The notes under the pieces were generated by a model. The model was given only the letters and a program-made list of their open reading frames with translations. It was not told the origin of the DNA and ran no database searches. A stretch of 64,000 nucleotides of DNA from Fistulifera solaris (lineage: Eukaryota), in the NCBI GenBank assembly GCA_030295235.1, contig AP026153.1, positions 186,001-250,000 on the forward strand, given 5' to 3'. Shown here in pieces: positions 38,336 through 50,062 of this stretch; the first letter of the stretch is position 1, and the number at the start of each line of letters is the position of its first letter. The translations under genes and the position numbers were made by a program.

Positions 38336-39628
38336 ATGCTGCCACGGAGTTACCAACGAATGCTTCGCAGCGCACATCATCGTATTGCGCGCTGTATGTC
38401 CACCGATGTGGCTCGCAATGCCTTTCAATCAAAATCACCGTATCTCTGGGATGATCCTTTCTTATTTCGTTCTCAATTGACGGAAGAAGAATGCACCGTA
38501 TGGGATGCCGCACGTGAGTTTTGTCAAGGCCATTTGATGCCGAACATTGTACAAGCGAATCGTCACGAAATCACACTGGATCATCAATTCATGCAAGACA
38601 TGGGACATGTGGGTTTGTTGGGTGCTACGTTGCCTCCCTGCCTATGGGGGATCTGGTTTGGGATACGTCAGTTACGGATTACTCGCGACGGAAGTCGAAC
38701 GCGTCGATTCCTCCTATCGTTCAGCCATGTCAGTCCAATCGTCCCTCGTGATGTATCCCATTTATGCATACGGAAGTGAAACATTGCGTCTTAAGTATTT
38801 ACCGAAATTGGCGACCGGTGAATTCATTGGTTGCTTTGGTTTGACGGAACCGAATCATGGGTCGGATCCGGGGAATATGGAAACGCGTGCCGTCTGCGAT
38901 GGCGATACCTATGTTTTGAATGGAAGCAAAATTGGATCACCAATTCACCCATTGCGGATGTCTTTGTCATTTGGGCACGTCTAGTCGATGTCGACGGTCA
39001 ACCGGGAGACATTTGTGGGTTTGTGGTCGAAAAAGAGACACCGGGTCTTTCCGCGCCCAAGATCGAAGGCAAATTCAGTTTACGAGCTTCTTGCACCGGA
39101 ATGATTTTCATGGAAGATGTTCGTGTACCCGCTGAAAATATGTTGCAAGTGAAAGGACTGAAAGGTCCGTTTAGTTGTTTGAATCATGCGCGGTACGGAA
39201 TTGCGTGGGGTGTTCTAGGAGCTGCCGAATTTTGTATGCATCAAGCACGACAGTATACACTGGATCGAAAACAGTTTGGTGCTCCATTGGCTGCGACGCA
39301 ACTCGTTCAAAGGAAGTTGGCCAATATGTCGACCGAAATTACGTTGGGACGACAAGCGTGTCTGCGAGTAGGACGGCTGATGGAGGAAGGACACGCCAAA
39401 CCCGAGATGGTGTCCATGATCAAACGCAACAATTGCGGGAAAGCACTCGATATGGTGCGGACGGCTCGGGATATGTTGGGTGGAAACGGCATTTCGGATG
39501 AATATCATATTATACGCCACATGATGAATTTGGAAGCTGTCAATACGTACGAAGGGACGCACGATGTTCACGCACTCATTCTAGGGCGCGCCATTACGGG
39601 GATACCCGCTTTTGTGCCTAGCTTCTGA
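38336..39628 (+). CDS. GCDH: Glutaryl-CoA dehydrogenase, mitochondrial
   Basis: [62 protein letters not shown]. Indels near 38638 and 38930. Confidence 0.96.
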
Positions 39629-39916
39629 GTATTCTATCGACGTCACAAAAAAGGAAAGCATCCAAAAAGTATTTAAAAATGGCAAGTTGCTCTCTTTGCT
39701 TCATAGTCATCCCGAAATAGTCTCGTATCACCTTTTTTGAGCTGCCTCGAGGTGCCTAAGTCCTCTTTGAGACCGCTCGTTCTCCTATGTAATTCATATG
39801 AAGCATGAACCTTTGTCAGATGCTACTAAAAAGAACGATCACTTGCAGTATAGATTACATTGTTATGGATACGACAATGTTGCGATGCTTGCGTTACCTG
39901 ACCAACCCAACTAGGC

Positions 39917-41577
39917 TCAGGCGGCGCTCGTTTCGCCACTCCGATAAGTGTTCGAATTAGGGTCCCCATCTGTGGAATCAAGCGTCAAGTCTCTATCTTC
40001 AGTGACAGCGTGTTCTTCACTAAAACGATTGTCGAGGTCGATACTTCGAACGAACTCGCACAAAGAATCGGGATAGTAGGCCAACCAGAACGCCGAGCGC
40101 CAAAAGTTTCCACAGGCATTTTCTGTTAGAGCCGTCCCTACCAGCATCGTTCGATAATCCTGCGATGAACTCTTGACCGATTCGCATCCAGAGTGAACGC
40201 GATTGAAAGAATGTATCTCCTGTTGTTTCATTATATATGACATCCAGTTCCCTCGTACTTCGATGCGCCGATTTCGAGATAACAAGTGTATCAGCCACGG
40301 ACGGTCAGATTTGCCCATTCCGTCTGATAGAATTTCGATTGTGATTGTGCGCAGTCCTTTGTGGCTGTCAAACAAAGCAATGAAATCTTCCACATGCTCT
40401 TTCTTTAGGAAGGCGCTCATGTGAAGATGCAAGGATTCCAACTTCTGATTGCTCGTTATTGTCCTGACAAGGGCTTTCAACAGTATTTGTTTCTTATCGG
40501 ACTCCAATATCAACATGGCCACGACTATTAAAATTCCAACTATCATGAACACGCATGAAGATTCTCAAACCAAGATGTTTGAAATGGCCGAGATTTTCCA
40601 ATCGAGCAAACAGAGAAGTTATGAAGTTCATCCCATCCCTCCAGCAAGTGCCACGGATTTCAACGGTTAGGTCTTCTGCCACGATGTTGAGAGTAGGAAT
40701 GTCGGCTACCAAAACTCCGGTCAGATCAATCGCGTAATTAAGTGCCCTCACCGGGGCAGAGAAGGGTAGAAGCGCCATGGGGCTGTTCCAGCGACAAAGG
40801 GTCAGTTTGTCAAAATGCTTTTTAGCTGCACAAGTCGCTCAATGTTAACGTCGCTCAATGGTATATGATGCAAAACATGCAGCGAACCAAACTGCGAATC
40901 TCGGGTCTGAAGTCCGTCGACAAAGGCATCGCCTCCATCCACCAGTTCGTTTTTTGATCCACCATAGCTGCTTTCAAAAGTCACGTCGATTGGATATTTT
41001 CGGGTGGCTAGAAACACGGACTGAGCAGAATTCAGTGTCAAACCAAGGAGTACCAAACGTCGTTCTGATTATTCGCAAAAAGTGCAGCGAGATGCTTCGT
41101 TTTGACGGCACCAAATTCGAAATTTATCGACTGACGTATTTCGATACATGGGTTGCATTCCTCCGGGCAAGGTAGACCCCACCAATACATTGCCGCATCT
41201 GCAATATCGTCGTCTTTGTCGCCTGTTATTGTAATCGTGGTATATCTTGTGGGATTGTCTAAAATGCACAGCAACTCCAGCTTTTTGTCGAAGTGTCTAT
41301 AATGAGGGTGACCGGAGTCTTGAGAAACATAAACCAGGGTTTTATTCTCCATCCAGATAGCTATCTCCGCTCCATACAGCGAGAATTCGCATATACTTTT
41401 CGGTTGTTTACGGAGCTTGTAGGTAGAGGTTATGTCACCGCTCAGCCAGTAAGCGACTTGTTTCCGGGTGCGCTTATGATCTGGAATAATCTCCAACAAA
41501 CTATCATCCTCATCTGAGGCATGAGAAGTCGTTGTAGCTTCTCCTCCCCACAAATTGACAATAGATAGAAAGTTCAT
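39917..41577 (-). CDS. Uncharacterised repeated-family protein, copy A (degenerate LRR/RNI-like), 3 frameshifts
   Basis: Family motifs LLEIIP, IAIWMEN, AQSVFLATR, DGGDAFVDGL, LLPFSAP, LGHFKHL, LLSRNR, LVGTALTE, PDSLCE. Confidence 0.75.
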
Positions 41578-42111
41578 GGGGCGAAGGGGCAACTTTAGAG
41601 GGCAGATACGATACTATTTAACGCCATGATTATGAGGTCTCAATTTTTGTGTAAAATGAAATAATGAGAACAATTTTGCTGCGATGACGGAATGACGACG
41701 ATGCGATATTTTGAAAAAGATCGAATGCTGGTCGTGAATGAATTAACGACGATTCACGATTGGTCGGATTGCCCTTGTAGATCTGACATAAGGAGGATTA
41801 TATTTGTACCAAGTATCAAGTACCGGTGTCAAAGACTACGGCTGATGAAGTACAGGTACTTTTACTCAGATAGTCCATTTCCATCCGGAAGCTGAGCTGC
41901 GCTGTACACTGTCCCGATACAAGTACCTGTGTAGGTGTAGAGTATCAAGCATCGCCACGTGCTTGCCAAAGGTGCGGAAAGGGGGAAGGTGCACATGATG
42001 TGTGATGTGTAAGCCCAAGGAAAGAATTACTTTTTCCGTGGTATCTTTCCGCACGCGAATTTTTTTTTCATTATTCTTTGATCTTTGATTATTCATTTCA
42101 AAATCGAGATC

Positions 42112-44299
42112 ATGAAACTAAAGCGAGCACTGAAATTCCTACTGCTAGGAACATCCGTCTATGGACTGAACACGACATCTTTCGACGAAGAGGCTACTTT
42201 ATGGGAGAGGAAGGTCCTAACTTTACGTGACATAATAGAGCGTGAATTCGCAAGACGATGCGATTCTTTGTCGACATGTGAGGGTAAGAACTACCACGAG
42301 TGCGACTCAGAACTGCCTAACCCAACATGCCCCTTGTCCAATGATATCTTCATTGAGGAATGCGGCGTAGGATGTTCGGGGTGGATGGACGAAACCACCA
42401 GCATCTACCGGCCGCCCCCCAACAGGACTCTAACGGACAAGCGTTTCATTGAGGACATCTGTGTTGGCAGAGTAGTGGCGGATTGGTACAAGGAGCAAAT
42501 GCTACAAGATGATGAGTTAGGCGTAAGTCCTTGGGCGGCTTATTTCGGGTCAAAGGAAGGAGCATTCCAGATTGTCCCTGGACGTCCCTCCAAAGTGTGT
42601 GGTGCATACGACTGTACCAGTAGAGATTGGTACGTCGGCGGAAGCAGCGGGCCCAAGAACGTCGTCTTGGTGCTTGACAAGAGCGGCTCTATGGGGCAAG
42701 GCCAGCGATTTCGTCTGATGAAAGCCGCCGCTGCAAGAGTGATCAATACGCTAACCCCGAGCGATCGGGTAGCAGTGGTCTTCTTCGACAAGGCGGTAAA
42801 CGCTCTGGCGGATCAAGGCGAGTATCTCCTACCAGCGACTAAGGAGAACAAGCAAATGCTTGTCAACCTCATCGAAAAAGAGGAAAAAGGAGACGGTACC
42901 GACATGTACGAGGGTATGAAAAAGGCCTTCGACATTCTTGACGAATCGAGTGAGAAGGGTGTGGCGGTTAATTGCAACAGCGCAATTCTCTTTATATCCG
43001 ATGGTATAGTAAAACCATCGGATACTGATGGTCCGGACGTCCTCAAAGCGATGGTGGAGGAGCGTATCAATAATACGGCAGCCGCAAGTGGGAATCCTCT
43101 CAAGCTATTCACCTACTCCGTAGCAAACGGAGACGAAGAAGAACAAGACAATGGCCAATCATTCTTGGCAGAACTGGCGTGCTTGGTGGACGGGTTTTGG
43201 GCGAATATTGGCAGCGACGACAAGATCGTCGCAGCGCTATCCGGGTACTACTTGGTATTCGCGGCTGGATTGGGCTCATCCGAGAACTCGCAAAGGACGG
43301 CTTGGACCGAGCCGTACGAGTTCTGGAATGGGGAGATAGGCATTACGGTGTCAGCTGCCGTATACGACCAATCCGTCACACCAGCGCGCTTCATTGGTGT
43401 GGTAGGTATCGACATCCTTCACAAGCCACTGATTGGCACCTTCGCGGATGCCAATGAGGCCATCAGTCGGTTGGCCAGAAGATCCATAGAATCTTGTCCG
43501 AGATTCACCGCCACCCCGTGTGAGCTGGAAGCGATCCGCTATGCTACCGGTGGAGAGCAGTGCATGGCAGCCAGCGAGTGCTTACAAAACATACAGCAGG
43601 CAGCTCATCCGACATGCCCCGATTCGAGCTTACATCCGAAGAATTTAAACGCAAACAATAATAAGGAAGGACGCTCCTACCAAGGGCGCGGTTGCTGCGG
43701 TTGTCCATCCAGTGAGGTTTTACCGACCTCCCCTCCTTTCATGAAAGTGCCTACTAGCTCTGGGCCCCACACTACCGCGCCGTCGTTGCGCCCGACTTCC
43801 AAGCCTTCGATAGTAGAAAAGCAGCCCGACACCCCGACGAAAGGTGGGTCTGATGAACTACCGTCGGCACCTACACCACCGGACGAAACACCCCTGGGCA
43901 AAAATCCTTGGAGGAATTTTCGGATCAAGTCTTTTCATTGGCATTGTTGTCGGTATCTATACTGAGTTCCGAGATCATTGGATCGAAAAATTGGTTGACA
44001 GAATCTGCAACCGGGGAGGTGAAGGGAAGGAAGAATCGCCAACGGTCGGTCAAAATCGGAACACCAATAGTAACGTTTTTAACGTATCCATCAATATGTC
44101 AGGTTCGGCAGGTACAGATACAGCTCCTTCAGTCCACAGCGCCAGCACTAGCCAGGAGGGAAGTGGAACCGCATCATCCGCTGAGAATAATGACCCTGAT
44201 TACTCTTGTCATGTATGCAAACGGCCTTTCTCACACACACAGCATGGAGCCCACTATTTTTTTAAAAAATCAATCTACATCTGTCCGACTTGTTATTAA
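42112..44299 (+). CDS. VWA plus Cache-domain (alpha2delta/CACHD1-like) type I membrane protein with C-terminal CxxC...CxxC
   Basis: Signal peptide; YDCTSRDWYV; MIDAS DKSGS...T...D; WTEPY; GVVGIDI; Pro/Thr stalk. TM and tail are reached by removing one C at about 43891-43894. Confidence 0.88.
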
Positions 44300-44690
44300 G
44301 CTAATACGCACAATTAACCGGATCACGATCAAAAAAACCAGTCAACCACACACACCATCGGGCAGCCCGCAAGTTATTTCTAGCAAAGGGACATCTCTAC
44401 AATTGATTGACCAGTCTTGAAGTTACATCGTACAAGGATCAAAGGACTGGAATAGGCAAGAAACTGCTGCTCGAAGATAGATAGGTAATCATCCCTAGCA
44501 CAGAATCATCACACATCCGTAGGTTGTTCATATAAAAACCTTGGCGTTAGGTGTCACAGAAAGATTGTTTGTCTTCGTCGTGTCTCAATTACTTGAAGAT
44601 GAGAAAGCCCGCACCAAGAATTTTGAAGCGAATCAAATCATCGAATCGAATCCGATTCATTTTGCTTGTGAAAGAGGGACGACAAGCCTG

Positions 44691-45960
44691 TTACTGCTGT
44701 TTGTTGTGGTTTGCGTCGAAAATGTATTCTCGTCCATTCTCGTTTTGATAAAAAAATAATTCGGTCAAACGGTCAAATGAATGATAAACAAGTCGAGAAA
44801 AGTAATGTCTGCAGCCGGCAATTCGGCTACACCAGTCGTGTTCTTGACTCCCCTCACCGGAGCAGAGGAAGGTATATGCACCCACAGATGGTCCCAAGCG
44901 TAAAAAAGTCAACTTGTCAAAGGGCTTGAATTGCACCAGTCGCTTGATGTTACAGTCGCTTAAAGGAAGACTAAATTGAAAGTGCAGCCAACCAAAATGC
45001 GATTCCCGATCGTCAAGTGCGTCGACAAACGCATCACCTGCGCCTTTGAAAACATTTCTCAAGTTCAAACCCCACGTCGATCGCTCTTTGGGTTGCATTT
45101 CTTCTGGGCAATGTAGTCCCCAAATTTGCAATGCGGTCTCCATAGTTGCGTCATCTGTTTTGTCCAAAATAACGATTCTCGTATTTCTTGCAGAATTGTC
45201 GAGCCAGTAAGTCCAGTCCAAGTATTCCTTCATGCGTTTACAGTCAGCGTAATTTTTATCTTGAGTCACTTGTATGAGAGTTCCGCTACCCATCCAAATA
45301 GCTATCCTGTGGGCCCATACTTTTCGAGTTCCTAGAGCCTTTCCGGTTCGCGACGCAACTTAGAGGACGGCAATTTGTGCCCACCACGCCCAAATTTGGT
45401 CTTGATATGCATTGCCCATCGAAATGTAGTTTACTCCGTCCAACCAGTGGTAGCCCGTAATTGTAACGTTAGGATCTTCTGCCACAATATCAAGAGTAGG
45501 AATGTCTTCCACCGAAACCGTGTCGTAATCAGTTTTGTTATCACGTGCCCTAACCGAGGCAAAAAGGGTAGTAGCGCCAGATGATGGTCCCAACGATGAA
45601 GAGTCACTCTGTCAAACAGCTTTAATCTGACAAATCGCTCAATGAAAAAGGTTATAATTGTAAAAGTGCAGCGAACCAAATGTGAATTGCGGGTCTCAAG
45701 AGCTTCGACAAAGGCATCACCTTCCTCTTCCATGCTTTGCATTCCGCAAAATAATTCAAAACTCAAATCGATAGGATGATTATTTCTCGTCGCTAGAAAC
45801 ACTGATTGCGCAGCATAGATCGTCATGCGCTTGAGCTTCAAATGTCGTCTTGGGCTGTTCGCAAAAATGGCAGCGAGATGCGTCGTTTTGATGGCACTGA
45901 CGTCGAATCCCAGTGACTGAGTTATTTCGATACATGAATTGTTTTCATGTGTCCGTCTCT
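44691..45960 (-). pseudogene. Two adjacent truncated fragments of the repeated family (copies B and C)
   Basis: Family motifs (IAIW, ETALQIWGL, GDAFVDAL; AQSVFLATR, DAFVEAL, LLPF, LDIVAED) with in-frame stops, internal deletions and missing ends. Confidence 0.8.
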
Positions 45961-46059
45961 GATGTACAAGCCCAAGAGAAGCTAGTCCGTCTTACTACGT
46001 TTCGGCCGTGAGATCCGGCCAGACAAATGATACGCCACATTGTTTTCCTCATCAACAGA

Positions 46060-47600
46060 CTGGTCGGAAGCACTAAGTCTATCCATGTTGGCCGACTGAA
46101 TCCCCTCATATAGGGGAGTCTGTGTAACTGGTCAGCAACAAAGCGGTACGCTTGAAATCTGCACGCGCGCTTTCTGTCAGGGCCGTCCCTATCAGCTTTG
46201 TGCGAAGAGAGTGCGGCGACTCCTTCAGAAATTCGGACCCAGTGTAAAAACGATTGAAGATGTACAGCTCATTAACGTCATCCCGATTCATCACTGACTC
46301 CATCCACTCACCACGTATCTCGATGCGTCGATTGCGAGAAAGCAGATGCTTCAACCATGAACAATCAGAGTCGTCTGAGTGTACCTCGATTGTTGTTGTA
46401 CGCAATACCTGTCATGGTCATCAAAGGATTCGAGCAATTCCGTCCAATGACTTTGCCGAAAGATATGGTACATCTCCAAATCCAAGGATACAAGCTCTTT
46501 GTTTGCTGCTATTGCTCTAACAAGCTCTTTCAAGATTATTTTCGAATGTTTTGGCTCAACAGCAGAATGCCCTCTACCCTCAAACTTAACGCCAAGGTGA
46601 CGGAAATGTCCAATACTAGCTACCCGACGAAGTAAAGAAGCAGTAACATCCACTCCATCGTTCCATGCATCAACCCATACCGTAACAATTAGCTCCTCTG
46701 CCACAATGTCGATGGTCTGAAAGTCTTCCGGTCGCACTTTGCTGGAGTCGAAGCTGTACTTAAGTACCTTCACCGGAGCCGAGAATGGGAGAAGCACCAT
46801 GGAAAGGACGTTAAAATTCTGCCTCTCAGTACAAATTGCTACGTAGCGCCTACGGCGAGGCAGAATTTTAACGCCCGTTCCATGTCACTATCCCAAAGAG
46901 GAAGGGTTAATTTCTTAAAAATTGCTAATCGCGACAGTTGCTCAACGTTTTCATCACTCAAGGGAAGATCATCCAAAAAACGCAGCGAACCAAAATGGGT
47001 CCCCCGAACTTGAAGTGCTTGGACGAGGGCATTATCTCCATCTTCCAGAACGTTCAAAAACTCAAATGCCAAATCAATGGGGTGATGGTTTCGTGAGGCT
47101 AGAAAAGCCAACTGAGCCGAATTCACATGAACACTATTAAACTCTACGCGTCGGTTCTGATTGTTCTCAAAAATTGTAGCAAAGTGATTTGTTTAAACGG
47201 AAGCAAAATCGAACGTATTGCTTTGGTTCTTTCTTGATGCAAACCCCACCAATACATTGCCGTCTCCTCAATAGCCTCGTCGTTTTTGCTTGAAATTACA
47301 ACTCTCGAATTTCGCCTGGGATTATACAAAATGAACAGCAAATGCAAACTTCTGTCGATATTGTCATAATCAGGGTAATTTTCGGACATGTAAAAGAGTC
47401 TCATTGCCCATTCAAACAGCAGTCCTTGGTCCATACAGCTCGAGTTCCTAGAAGGGTTCTCTACGAGGCCTGTAAGTTGGAGTTTTGTGACCGCCGCGCC
47501 AGTGAGAGCTACTTGTTCAGGAGTGCGTAACCCATCTGGAATAATCTCAAATAGGATTTCATCTTCTGAAAGCTCTTCAGCATTTGTTGCTCTTCAGCAT
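46060..47600 (-). pseudogene. Repeated-family copy D, disrupted
   Basis: Full motif order (ILFEIIPD...ETAMYWWGL...LLPFSAP...LLSRNR...LIGTALTESA) with stops, several frameshifts and a TIR insertion at 46802-46880. Confidence 0.85.
46802..46880. mobile_element. Miniature TIR element (79 bp with CATG TSD, or 81 bp with AT TSD)
   Basis: GAAAGGACGTTAAAATTCTGCCTC ... GAGGCAGAATTTTAACGCCCGTTC (22/24 inverted match), with CATG on both sides. Removing it restores PLWDSDMVLLPFSAP. Confidence 0.9.
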
Positions 47601-47873
47601 TTAACACACTACTCCGTATAATAACTATACATACTACGTACCGGTACCGCGGTACGGTACCAGGAAAATAATAACAACTTGTATATCAGTAATAGTCATT
47701 AAGGTCACTGGTTTAGATTCTCTAGGAGGACGATGACGACGATAGGCTCCATTATCATCCAGCACATCAATTTCATAGAATAGTCTCACAGAAGGTAATT
47801 CTAAAAAAGCTACGCTTCAGTGTAACGGTTTCTCTAAGTTTGTACTACTTTGATAATATTGGGAAACAATGTC

Positions 47874-48983
47874 TTAGTCTCGAATTCTCGGCCACAGCGC
47901 TTGCTCCATTTTCTCCATGGATATGATAACTTTCACCGGCGTAGCACTTTTATCAATAGTCCAGGTGCCCGAATCTACGTCGATGTTTTCGAAAAGTTTG
48001 AGTAAAACGAGAGGTTCTTGACGAAAGCGCACTTCTAAAGCCTGTGGACGAAACTTGATCTGCAAATCTTTGCCGCTTCCGTCTTCCGGCATAGACACTG
48101 TTACTTCCAGCTCTTCTTCCGTCTGCGTCCATGAAAATCCCTCCTCTACTTTCGACTTTCCATCACTGCCGGCTACCGACGGCTGCGTTGCATCCGTTCG
48201 ACCGGTAATGCGATTCATTTCCATTTGATGTTCTAAATTCTCCGTGACTGCTGTTTTCAACCACGGCGCATCGTACGTAGTATCGATACCTTCTACAAAG
48301 GACTGGTTGGTGATTCGACCTCCTAATTTTTGGACACGACCCAAATATACATCGCCATAGAATTGGGGAGGAGGATTGAATCCAGCGAGTTCCGCGTATT
48401 TGCTCGCTCGTGTATTGAGACGCAATCGTTTCAACATTCCTACTTCGTCCAAATAGATATTGATTCCGGTAAATGTATTCGAAGGACTCGGATAAACAAG
48501 AGGGAAAACTTCCACGCTAGCTTGTGCGGCTACTTTTTGCAGTGATTCATGCGACACAGAAGCCGGTGCATCGGTCGATCCCAACAAAGCATTCTGCTCC
48601 TGCAATAACGAAACATCCACATCGGACTGGTTGTTCGAAAAAGCCGAAATCAAATGTTCGGTCAAAGATCACCCCTCCGGTGGCTCCCCGTCGAACGGTG
48701 AGTTCTTTCAATGGCTGTGTCGTATCGGCGGGCACCAAAACGTACGAGATTTCTTCACCAGCTTCCAACCCCTCGGCTTCTTGCAGTGCACTCTTCACAC
48801 GCCCCGCCATTCGTTCTTCGGCTGTGGAAATATGAACTCCCTAATATACAAAAATATAAAGAGTGAGCAGAAGACACGGAAAGGGATGACGACTACTCCA
48901 AGTTGTACGTTGCTTACTCGTTCTCGCAGCCAGGTCAATCGCTCATCGGGCGTCATTTCCGCTTCTTCTTTCGTTTCTGACAT
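47874..48983 (-). CDS. CS-domain (NudC/p23-like) protein; one intron near 48830-48915, one indel near 48670
   Basis: C-terminal FSWTQTEEELEV...SGTWTI...MEK...WP; N-terminal WLRERG; YLDEVGMLK. Confidence 0.8.
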
Positions 48984-50062
48984 TCTGCGCTTTTTCCTTG
49001 TCGTTTAATTTGCAATGCAAGAAGAAAACTCTAGTAGTAATGTAATGTGAATGCAGGAAAACGTACTGTAAGCAAAAAATGGCGGCACTTTTTTCGATCC
49101 TGTTCGGTGCAACTCGATCTCATTTTTTGCTGTCGTATCGCGTCCCGTCTGTCTGTCGCACAGCCTAAAAACGAACAACACTATGTAGTACGTAGTATGT
49201 ATATATATTATGTGTGTACGTACTAAAACTCTGTGGACACCAAGAAACGCTTTCCAGAACGAAGTACGTGTCAAGTTCTCACTTTTTCTTTCGTTTTCGG
49301 AACCTTCATCATTTTTTCGTGATCGGCTTGCGTTTCATTGCAACCGACTACTAGAGTATGCTCTGCCGTTCTCATGGTTGGCTTCTGTGGTGAAAGAAGA
49401 AGTGACCCAAAGAGCGCTCGCTTGGGCGAAAAGAAATATTCATCGTCCTGGGTACATTTTTCGGAGGACTTTTTCGTGGGCTCACGCCATTCGAAGTGGA
49501 ACGTCCCTTGGGTTGCTAGCAATGAGCAAAGACAACAGTTCAAAAGCTCACTCCTGTCTGACTTACAGTCAAAAAATAAGAGCAAACGCTTAACCGAGCA
49601 GACACTCAATTTCTTGTGGGGTCTTTGTTCGCCGTTCCCCAATTCATCTTGTTGGGATCCTATGCAGCACACGTTCGAGGAATTTCATCACATTTTTACA
49701 GAAGAGACAGATCAAAATTCCTGTGCATCGAGTCAAGGTATATCGACCAAGTTTACGCATTCTTCCTTTCGCAGACCAGCCGCTACTAGTAGAACGCCTC
49801 CTCGTACAGGAATTCCGGCGTCGATTTATATTAGAGGGAACGTGGATGTGACAAGCTGAGTGAAACAAATGCTTTGCATCTGAAAGTGACGATCTTTCGC
49901 GGTTCGCGTGAAAGAACTGTAAAGATAAATAAAAAGAAGGCCACTAAAACACCTATTTGAATGTCATCATGTGTTTTGAGCCCCCATGCCGTTTCCAGCA
50001 ACTTTTATCGTAGTTTTATGCGTTGTTGAAAGAACACTCTCAACATCAAAAGCTTCAATCCT

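Noticed and set aside
41842..41895. C/D snoRNA-like TGATGA...CTGA
   Set aside because: Short, non-canonical C box, and no rRNA complementarity that I could recognise.
44489..44497. Ac-like terminus (TCATCCCTA) suggesting transposon capture of the VWA gene
   Set aside because: No matching left end or TSD found.
46802..46880. Introner (spliceable transposon)
   Set aside because: No GT/GC-AG boundaries at the element ends on the coding strand, and the host copy is decayed anyway.
49210..49868. Overlapping ORFs between the CS-domain and F-box genes
   Set aside because: No recognisable motifs; a small frameshifted gene at about 49522-49859 cannot be excluded but is unsupported.
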